The notes below the pieces were generated by a model. That model saw nothing but the letters and a program-made list of their open reading frames with translations, was not told the DNA's origin and did not search any database. DNA of 53,837 nt. Source: an uncultured Eubacteriales bacterium. GTDB lineage: Bacteria > Acidobacteriota > Aminicenantia > Aminicenantales > Aminicenantaceae. Made by a program: the position numbers and the translations under genes. Location of the stretch: NCBI GenBank assembly GCA_964445575.1, contig CAYULB010000004.1:21631-75467 (forward strand), given 5' to 3'. This document shows positions 47,006-53,837 of the stretch, piece after piece (position 1 is the stretch's first letter; each line of letters starts with the position of its first letter).

Positions 47006-48261
47006 AAGTACTTCCTCGGGTCACATATTTTTCCTTCTAAAGCAGAAGCCGCTACTGTGGCTGGTGAAGCCAGAAAAATCTCTGAATCACGGCTGCCCAT
47101 CCTTCCTCTGAAGTTCCGGTTGGCTGTGCTTAACGCCCTTTCCCCTGGAGCCAGGATTCCCTGGTGAGCTCCCAGGCAGGGACCGCACCCTGGATTTAAA
47201 ATAACACAACCGGCTTCAACAAGAACTTCAATCACCCCCTGCTTCAAGGCTTTGAGGTACTCCTTCCTGGAGGCAGGAACCACCAGCACTCTGACCCCAG
47301 AAGCCACTTTTTTTCCTTTTAAAATAAAGGCCGCGGCTTTGAGGTCCTCCAGTCTTCCGTTGGTGCAGGTGCCTATAAGCCCTTGGTTGAATGTAAGACC
47401 CTCCGCTTCTTGAATAGGCTTAACATTATCCACGGTATGAGGGCAGGCCACCTGAGGTTCGATTCGGGAAAGGTCATATGAGAGCACAGCCTCATAATCG
47501 GCATCTTTATCTGAGTAAACAGGACTTATACTCTCCTCAGTTATGGATTTCAGATATTCCAGCACTGCTTTATCCGGCAAGAAATATCCGTTTTTAGCCC
47601 CCATCTCTGCGGCCATATTACAGAGCACAAACCGAGAAGAAGCACTGAACTTCAAAGCTCCCGCACCAGTAAACTCAACAGCTTTGTAATTTGCTCTGTC
47701 TGCCCCGTGGTCCCCTATGACCTTTAATATCACATCTTTGGGATAAGCTCCGGTCTTTAACTCTCCTTTAAAATCAATCTTTATGGTCTCAGGCACCCGA
47801 AGCCAGATCTCATCTGTAGCCCACACGCTGGCTGCTTCTGTCCTTCCAATACCCGCAGAAAACGCTCCCAGCGAACCATAGCTGGTGGTGTGCGAATCTG
47901 ATCCCACCACCAGTTTTCCAGGCAAAGCAAATCCCTGCTCCGTGAACACCTGATGGCAGATACCGTTATTGATATCAAAGAAATGGACGATTCCCTGCTC
48001 TGTGACAAATTCCCTTATTTCCTTGTGATTCTGGGCATACTTTTCTGAAGAAGCAGGTGTGACGTGGTCCAGAACAATCACGATTTTTTCAGGAGCTCTG
48101 ATTCTGCTCACTCCAAACTGCCTGAACTTTTTGATAATGGCCGCGGAATTGTCATGAGAAAGCACATAATCCGGCGAAACAATGACTATATCGCCGGCCC
48201 GCACATCTCTTCCGCTTTTTAAGGACAGCAGTTTTTCAGAAAAAGTCTTTCCCGTTTTCAT
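47002..48261 (-). CDS. LeuC/HacA-type aconitase-family large subunit (pair 1)
   Basis: DH, GICHQ, GSDSHT, GTCTNGR, PGCGPCLG, NRNFRGRMG. Confidence 0.92.
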   Translation of the reverse strand: MKTGKTFSEKLLSLKSGRDVRAGDIVIVSPDYVLSHDNSAAIIKKFRQFGVSRIRAPEKIVIVLDHVTPASSEKYAQNHKEIREFVTEQGIVHFFDINNGICHQVFTEQGFALPGKLVVGSDSHTTSYGSLGAFSAGIGRTEAASVWATDEIWLRVPETIKIDFKGELKTGAYPKDVILKVIGDHGADRANYKAVEFTGAGALKFSASSRFVLCNMAAEMGAKNGYFLPDKAVLEYLKSITEESISPVYSDKDADYEAVLSYDLSRIEPQVACPHTVDNVKPIQEAEGLTFNQGLIGTCTNGRLEDLKAAAFILKGKKVASGVRVLVVPASRKEYLKALKQGVIEVLVEAGCVILNPGCGPCLGAHQGILAPGERALSTANRNFRGRMGSRDSEIFLASPATVAASALEGKICDPRKYL

Positions 48262-48273
48262 GGATTATCCCCG

Positions 48274-48807
48274 CTAAATCTTTAAACTCTCAAAATTGAC
48301 AAAGTCCGCATGATTCACGATCACAGCCTCCACTGTTTTCCTGGCCCCATCCCCTTCCTTGGAATGGGCTGCAATGATATGAAGCACTTTATCCGGCACA
48401 TCAAACCTGCTGGCAAAAGCAGCCCCGGAGATGGGATGCCGCAGAAGCTCTCCTTCCCTGCTTTTAACAAACTTTCCCTCTTTTTTTTTATACTCAAAAA
48501 GTTTTCCCACATCATGGAGAAGAGCACCCGAGAGGAGAACATCTTTATCTATCGAGATGTGCTCTTTGTATTTTTCTAAAAGCACATCCGCAATCCTTAT
48601 GGAGCAAAGAGTGACCGTCCGAGTATGTTTGATGATATTCACAGGTGTGTTTTCTATCAAAAGAGTAAACGGCATCTCTTCCAGGTCTTCAGCTTCCCAT
48701 TTTCCCTTTTCCATGGCTTTGCGCCAGACTTCAATAGTGGTCTCCCTGAGCTTTTTGTCCTGGATCATTTGAAATTCCGGCATCAAAGACAGCAGTTTTT
48801 TGGCCAT
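48274..48807 (-). CDS. HD-domain metal-dependent phosphohydrolase
   Basis: H...LLHDVGK...RH...AH...HAD motif order. Confidence 0.85.
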   Translation of the reverse strand: MAKKLLSLMPEFQMIQDKKLRETTIEVWRKAMEKGKWEAEDLEEMPFTLLIENTPVNIIKHTRTVTLCSIRIADVLLEKYKEHISIDKDVLLSGALLHDVGKLFEYKKKEGKFVKSREGELLRHPISGAAFASRFDVPDKVLHIIAAHSKEGDGARKTVEAVIVNHADFVNFESLKI

Positions 48808-49584
48808 TTAAATTTTCCTTTCAGAGGGCCCGTCATATTCAAAGTCTTTGGGATGAATCTTTCTCATGGGTCTCATCCGGCTCTTCTCCTCATGGACGTG
48901 AGCTACCAGCCCGGCAATACGCGATATGATAAAAAAAGCATTCCCGATCTCTGGCGGGAAATCCAAATCGCACAAAAGCGCAGCCATTGCTCCATCCACA
49001 TTTATGGGGAGAGGCTTGCCTATGACTTTTTTCAAACCTTTCTCAACGGCCAGGGCTGTCGTGACATATTCTCCAGCTAATCCCAATTCCCGGGCAAGTT
49101 CAAACAGCCTTTGGGTCCGGGGATCTTTTTGGTGAAGACGGTGTCCAAAACCAGAAGCCCTCTCTTTTCTCTGCTTCATCTCATTTAAAACCTTTGACAC
49201 CGTCTCCCCTAACGACTCTCCGCTTTCTTTCATCTTTTGCTTTATATGGATGAACAGGTTCATCCCCTCTTCAATAGCGCCTCCATGATACCTGGAAATC
49301 GCCAGCACTCCTGCAGCTACTGCTGAATTCAGTTCAGCTCCTGTGGAAGCCACGGTCCTGGCAGTAAGCACAGAGGGAGGACTGGCCCCATGATCTACGG
49401 AAGAGACCAGAATAGCATCCATCAGTTTTCCCTCCTCTGAAGAAGGCATCTCTCCCTTTAACACCAAATAAATAGCCTGAGAAAAAGTAATCTTTCCCAT
49501 TAACTGATCCACAGGATATCCTCTGACCTTAACCTTATTGGGTTCAACTTCAGATATCCCTGTTTTCCAGTGAATCTCACTCAT
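48808..49584 (-). CDS. Citryl-CoA lyase (short citrate-synthase-fold protein)
   Basis: 258 aa; DHGASPPS, HGGA, GFGHRLH..DPR, INVDG. Confidence 0.85.
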   Translation of the reverse strand: MSEIHWKTGISEVEPNKVKVRGYPVDQLMGKITFSQAIYLVLKGEMPSSEEGKLMDAILVSSVDHGASPPSVLTARTVASTGAELNSAVAAGVLAISRYHGGAIEEGMNLFIHIKQKMKESGESLGETVSKVLNEMKQRKERASGFGHRLHQKDPRTQRLFELARELGLAGEYVTTALAVEKGLKKVIGKPLPINVDGAMAALLCDLDFPPEIGNAFFIISRIAGLVAHVHEEKSRMRPMRKIHPKDFEYDGPSERKI

Positions 49585-50492
49585 TTGTTTTTCCCCCTTT
49601 CTTTGAGTAACTGCCCGGCCTTTTTGGGTATGTCAGAAATGGCATCCACCACAAAAACTCCAGCCTGTTTCAGCATCGTGACTTTAGACTCATGAGAGCC
49701 GCGGGAACCTTCCACAATAGCTCCCGCATGAGAGAACCGAGTCCCTGACTTAGCCGCTTTGCCGCCAATGTAAGCCACCACAGGTTTTTTGACACGTCCG
49801 GAGGAAACCAAATCCGCCACTCTTTCTTCTTGAGTGGTTCCGATCTCACCAAACATCACCATCAATTCAGTCTGGTCATCCTCTTCAAAAAGAACCATCA
49901 CTTCAGGGTGAGACAGTCCCACCACAGCATCCCCTCCCACATGAATGATGGTGCTCTGTCCCAAACCAGCTCTGGTCAGATAATAGGAAATGGCTGAAGT
50001 CATGCCCCCGCTTCGGGAGCTCACTCCAACAGAACCTAGCTTAAACCATTCCCGGGCACTTTCTGCTCTTCCTCCGATCATGCCCAGAACCGCTTTCCCC
50101 GGACTTACGAGACCCAGAGTATTAGGCCCCACAAACCGGACTCCCTTATGCTTTGAAAAGCGGGCTATCTCCAGAACATCATTGATGGGCACCCGGTCCG
50201 GAATAAGAACCACCAGCTTCACTCCTGCATCAATGGCTTCCAGAGCTGCATCTTTCACCAGAAAAGCCGGCACAAAAACAACACTGACATCCAATGGCCC
50301 GCATTCTTCCCAGGCCTCTCTTACAGAATCAAACACCGGCACTCCATAGACCTCCTGTCCTCCCTTTCCAGGAGTCACGCCTGCTTTGACCTGGGTCCCA
50401 TAGTCTTTCATCAACCGGGTCCTCACCATTCCCTCACGTCCGGTGATTCCCTGGACCAGGACCTTTGATTTTTCATTAACCAATATGGACAT
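49581..50492 (-). CDS. Succinyl/citryl-CoA synthetase-type alpha (CoA-binding) subunit
   Basis: VQGITGREG, GVTPGKGG, GPNT.G, SRSGG, GEIG, phospho-His motif FSHAGA. Confidence 0.88.
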   Translation of the reverse strand: MSILVNEKSKVLVQGITGREGMVRTRLMKDYGTQVKAGVTPGKGGQEVYGVPVFDSVREAWEECGPLDVSVVFVPAFLVKDAALEAIDAGVKLVVLIPDRVPINDVLEIARFSKHKGVRFVGPNTLGLVSPGKAVLGMIGGRAESAREWFKLGSVGVSSRSGGMTSAISYYLTRAGLGQSTIIHVGGDAVVGLSHPEVMVLFEEDDQTELMVMFGEIGTTQEERVADLVSSGRVKKPVVAYIGGKAAKSGTRFSHAGAIVEGSRGSHESKVTMLKQAGVFVVDAISDIPKKAGQLLKERGKNK

Positions 50493-50494
50493 AT

Positions 50495-52069
50495 TTATTC
50501 TTCACTCTGTTTTTTTTTGTTTTTTATGACTTTTTCTCTATACTCTTTTAATCCCTCAATGGGAAGATGGATATAAACAGCATCCTGCTCATGAAATTTG
50601 CAGAAAATCTCGCAGGCAAGACATTCCGTACATTTTCCCTTCGCAGCATCTTCTCTGGAGATGGAAAGAACCGGCTTTCCCTGTTCAATCTTCAATATAT
50701 TCTGAGAGCAGGCCTCAATGCATCCTTTAGAATCGCATTCTTGACATTTTTCATGATGGATAAAGATTTCTCCGGTGGGCGTTTTAAAAGAATAAGCAAA
50801 GTCTTTAACCTCTGGCTCTTTAATAGGCCTTACTTTGTGGGGAAGAAATTGGCTTTCTGCGATCAATTTCTTCATCCTTTCAGCACAGAACTCGGGTTCA
50901 TCATCCCTTCCATAGGCCTCCACTCTGCCGGGAATATCTTTGAGATAAGTATGAAGGATCTCAATCGCTTTTTCTTCAAAATTGCCCCCCAGACGCAGAA
51001 CAGCCGGCACCTCTATGCGCTCTTCCTCAAAAGCTTTGGTCAGTCCTCTGGCTGAATGAAACTGCTCCTGGCTGGCCACACCAGAGCCTGAGGCAAAATA
51101 GCCTTTGATGTGGGGCTGGGATAAAATGACTTTGGCCGCCCGGTAGACCTTGGAAGCCGAAGGATTCCCGCTGGTATCACAGTAGTTAGCCAGCTTAAAC
51201 CCCCGGTCCAGCACTGCATCCATGGACATCATGCTTCCGCCGCCTCCGGCGCCGTTGAATCCAATAGCATTTTCCTTTTCTTCCATTTCATCCAGCATTT
51301 GGAAAAAGTAAAAAGTGCCCCGGTGGTCGTTTTTTTCTACCAGATAGGCTATCTTTTCCAGCTCTGTAGGCGGCCGGTCAAATTCACGGGCCACCTCGAT
51401 TCCTAAATCCGGATGACGGAACACCGCATAATCGTCCACCACAAAATGGCAGTCTGCCGCATACACACCCCCATCGCGAGCCAGCACCAGAGGATTCATC
51501 TCCGCAGACCGGGCATCATATCTCTGGGATACTTTGTAAAATTTGGCAAGAGTCTGGGAGAGCCGGATAAGAGTTTTCCCGGAAATCCCTGTCCGGCGAA
51601 TCAAGTCCCTGGCTTCAAACTCCCGGAATCCACTCACCACATCCACATAAGCCTTTGCGATTTTATCCGGATGCTTTTTTGCAACCTCCTCAATACCTGT
51701 TCCTCCCATGGTGCTGAAGACTATGACCGGACATTTTTCTGCATCATCGATCACCAATCCAGCAAAATATTCAGACTGGATGTCAATCTTCTTTTCTACC
51801 AGGACCTTCTCTACACACAGATTGTTTATTCTGATTCCCAGCATTTCCTGCGCTGCCTTAAATGCTTCTTCAGGAGAATCAGCGAATTTTATCCCGCCTT
51901 TCTCAGCCCTGCCAGTAGCCCATACCTGGGCTTTAAGCACCACGGATTTCTCAAGCTTTCGGGCTGCCTCTGCTGCTTCTTCAGGAGAAGACACTACCTG
52001 TCCTTCTGGAATAGAGATCCCTTCCTGTTTGAGGAGTTTTTTGCTTTGATATTCAAATAATCTGGCCAT
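50495..52069 (-). CDS. Succinyl/citryl-CoA synthetase-type beta (ATP-grasp) subunit with C-terminal 4Fe-4S domain
   Basis: LFEYQSK, KAQV..GR..KGGI, EMNPL, GAGGG; C-terminal CQECDSKGCIEAC and CTECLACEIFC. Confidence 0.85.
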   Translation of the reverse strand: MARLFEYQSKKLLKQEGISIPEGQVVSSPEEAAEAARKLEKSVVLKAQVWATGRAEKGGIKFADSPEEAFKAAQEMLGIRINNLCVEKVLVEKKIDIQSEYFAGLVIDDAEKCPVIVFSTMGGTGIEEVAKKHPDKIAKAYVDVVSGFREFEARDLIRRTGISGKTLIRLSQTLAKFYKVSQRYDARSAEMNPLVLARDGGVYAADCHFVVDDYAVFRHPDLGIEVAREFDRPPTELEKIAYLVEKNDHRGTFYFFQMLDEMEEKENAIGFNGAGGGGSMMSMDAVLDRGFKLANYCDTSGNPSASKVYRAAKVILSQPHIKGYFASGSGVASQEQFHSARGLTKAFEEERIEVPAVLRLGGNFEEKAIEILHTYLKDIPGRVEAYGRDDEPEFCAERMKKLIAESQFLPHKVRPIKEPEVKDFAYSFKTPTGEIFIHHEKCQECDSKGCIEACSQNILKIEQGKPVLSISREDAAKGKCTECLACEIFCKFHEQDAVYIHLPIEGLKEYREKVIKNKKKQSEE

Positions 52070-52141
52070 TTTCTGAATTAATAGTTTAACAAAAAACCGG
52101 GGACGGTTCTATTTTTTTCTTCAAAAGAAAAAATCTTTTAA

Positions 52142-52399
52142 CCTGGGCTATTCACGAGTCGAGGTTGCGGCAGATGCGAGGCGCCAGGGCATGAAGTCGT
52201 GGTCCTTCACTACGAATGCCCTGCAACGAAGCAGATGCTGTGAGATCGGCTCGCCGGGAAGGGAAAATAGGTATGCATTATAATAATAATCTATAACAGG
52301 AACTATCCTCATATGTTGTGAGATGAGTATTCCATGGTAAAGAGCATGGGTTATGATAGATATGTAGGGTGCTGCATACCTATTTTATGAATGGCCAGG
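52142..52399. mobile_element. MITE-like element, module A long form (258 bp)
   Basis: Imperfect TIRs CCTGGGCTATTCA / TGAATGGCCAGG; internal IRs CAGGGCAT/ATGCCCTG and AAAATAGGTATGCA/TGCATACCTATTTT; non-coding. Confidence 0.6.
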
Positions 52400-52408
52400 G
52401 TCTGACCC

Positions 52409-52499
52409 ACGGACGGGGGGAGTTACGCAGGCGCCGAGAAAAATGAAGAAGAACGGCGTTAAAAATCTGAAGGGAGCACAAGCCATATCTGAATTTCAT
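52409..52499. repeat. Repeat module B
   Basis: Homologous to 14461-14550 and 31921-31969. Confidence 0.8.
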
Positions 52500-52525
52500 C
52501 GCCATTTTTTTAGGACCAGATCAGA

Positions 52526-53719
52526 TTATTTGTTTTTGATGGAGAACCGGTAAGACTTTTTCTCCTCACAGAATCTCTTTAAAAACTCAAGCTCTTCTTC
52601 CACCCAATCCCGGCTCTTAAGGATATTTTTAAGTGAATAAACATCCACCGCACACACCTCATCCCATCTCCCCATTTCCTTTAACGCCGCTTCCAGCTCT
52701 TCTCTCTGTTTTGTGTTTTTCCCGGGAAACAAAGCATCTGTGTATTCACTGACCGAGACTTTTTTCTCAGAACCAAAAACAGTGGAGACCCCCTCTCTCT
52801 CACAAAAAGAAAGCAGGGCTTCCTCCATCTTTTGAAGCTTCTCTTGAGCTTCTTTCTGCTTTTCTTTAAGCTCTTCCTTTATGCGAACATATTCATCCAC
52901 CAGCTTTACTCCCGGGTCATCAAGATACTCATTCTCATCTTTCTCTTTAAGTCCTGCTTCATGCTTCCACTCCGGGCAAATCGTCCTATAGGAACACCAG
53001 TCACAAAGCGCAGAAACTCTGGGGGGGAAATCCTCCTCCTCCTCAATCATTTTGATCTCTTCAATGACCTCTTTTCTCAGCTCTTCAAGCTCCTCATTCG
53101 TCCGGAACGATTCCATCTCCATGTCAAAATTAAGAAAATGCCACACCAGACGGGCTTTTTTAAAGTCTTTAAACTGCTCTTGGACCCATAAGGAATAAAG
53201 GGCAAGCTGCCGGTCTTTATCCAGCTTTTCCTGTTCCATCAAAGAACCACCGGTTTTGTAGTCATGCACTTCATAAAAGCCGTTACCCCGGTACATAAGT
53301 CGGTCTATTCTTATGTGAAACAAATATTTTCCCTCTTTATCAAGGGGCAGAAAACTTTTAGTCTCAAGCCCGATGACACGGCCCTCATCAAAGGGAAAAT
53401 GCCGTTGGTAATAATCTGAAAGCTGTCTCTCCCCCATTCTGCGGTAATTTTCTTCTGTGTAGTCATCCTTGATAACCACCACACTGTCTCCCCATTTCTC
53501 ATGCCAGATTTGTTTGAAGTAGGCTAAAAGTTCATCTAGAGTTAGGAGCTTCTCATGCAGTTTATCCCGGTAAAGCTTTTCCAAAGCCTCATGTACCCGG
53601 GAACCAAGAAAAGCTTCCACTGTCTCAGCTTCTGGTTTGATTCTGTCAATGTAAGCATACTTGTACTGAAGCGGACAGGTCTCATAGGTTCCAATTCTTG
53701 ATATGCTGAAAGCTGACAT
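52526..53719 (-). CDS. PD-(D/E)XK nuclease, Cas4/AddB/RecB-like, with iron-sulfur staple and C-terminal helical extension
   Basis: S.S....Y..CP, G..VH..LE, IDRL, DYKTG, QLALY, CDWCSYRTICP. ATG at 53719 (TTG 53728 is an alternative). Confidence 0.85.
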   Translation of the reverse strand: MSAFSISRIGTYETCPLQYKYAYIDRIKPEAETVEAFLGSRVHEALEKLYRDKLHEKLLTLDELLAYFKQIWHEKWGDSVVVIKDDYTEENYRRMGERQLSDYYQRHFPFDEGRVIGLETKSFLPLDKEGKYLFHIRIDRLMYRGNGFYEVHDYKTGGSLMEQEKLDKDRQLALYSLWVQEQFKDFKKARLVWHFLNFDMEMESFRTNEELEELRKEVIEEIKMIEEEEDFPPRVSALCDWCSYRTICPEWKHEAGLKEKDENEYLDDPGVKLVDEYVRIKEELKEKQKEAQEKLQKMEEALLSFCEREGVSTVFGSEKKVSVSEYTDALFPGKNTKQREELEAALKEMGRWDEVCAVDVYSLKNILKSRDWVEEELEFLKRFCEEKKSYRFSIKNK

Positions 53720-53761
53720 TTTAAACAATCCTTATTGAAACATTTGATTTATCCTTCTCCC

Positions 53762-53832
53762 GGCCTGGCCTCCGCCTCCGGGGTCGCCTCCGGCCGCCTC
53801 CCTCGGGCCGCCTCCGGGGTCGGGCCCGGCTA
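53762..53832 (+). repeat. Stutter array of truncated GCCGCCTCCGGGGTC units ending in core GGGGTCGGGCCCGGCTA
   Basis: Units read directly; core 53816-53832 identical to 4670-4686. Confidence 0.85.
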
Positions 53833-53837
53833 ATTCT

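Noticed and set aside
41012-48261. Assigning leuB, leuC and leuD gene symbols
   Set aside because: No leuA or ilv context, atypical specificity loops and linkage to citryl-CoA enzymes; substrate is unresolved.
49581-52069. Calling the pair sucCD, or taking the cluster as proof of autotrophic reverse TCA
   Set aside because: Substrate cannot be read from the motifs, and the other reverse-TCA enzymes (2-oxoglutarate synthase, fumarate reductase) are not in the window.
52380-52499. 39-aa minus-strand peptide (MKFRYGLCSLQIF...) in module B as a leader peptide or toxin
   Set aside because: The 14.5 kb copy lacks the ATG, has an indel and mostly non-synonymous changes, so there is no sign of coding constraint.
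1-53837. rRNA, tRNA, riboswitches, intact transposases or prophage genes
   Set aside because: None recognised by eye; a tRNAscan/Infernal run would be needed to exclude small RNAs.

Overview
53.8 kb of bacterial chromosome. Gene style is suggestive of an anaerobic diderm such as Ca. Aminicenantes/Acidobacteriota, but this is an impression and was not tested. Left to right: a partial S9 peptidase and an FAD oxidoreductase; an AT-rich accessory islet (2.2-5.7 kb) with an AbiEi/AbiEii type IV TA pair, whose toxin has lesions in both catalytic motifs, plus several gene remnants; amidohydrolase, PilZ, amidase, DUF4405-like and M23 genes; a sigma54-preceded lipoprotein; an archaeal-type FBP aldolase/phosphatase; a dcw cluster (mraZ to ftsZ, lacking murB and ddl) followed by hutI; comM; an orphan MglA GTPase behind three GT4 glycosyltransferases; truA, rimI and tsaB; an ECF sigma/anti-sigma/Spy-like cassette; a minus-strand cluster for tricarboxylate chemistry (SucC-like subunit fused to a ferredoxin domain, SucD-like subunit, citryl-CoA lyase, HD protein, two LeuC/LeuD-type pairs, a beta-decarboxylating dehydrogenase); and a solo Cas4/AddB-like PD-(D/E)XK nuclease. 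No rRNA, tRNA, CRISPR array or intact transposase was seen. The three most notable observations: (1) two distant 'stutter' arrays of variably truncated copies of the sequence running into the same 17-bp core GGGGTCGGGCCCGGCTA; (2) a two-module MITE-like repeat family at three loci; (3) the citryl-CoA synthetase/lyase-type cluster with paired aconitase-like enzymes. All calls are by eye from motifs; no database searches were run.
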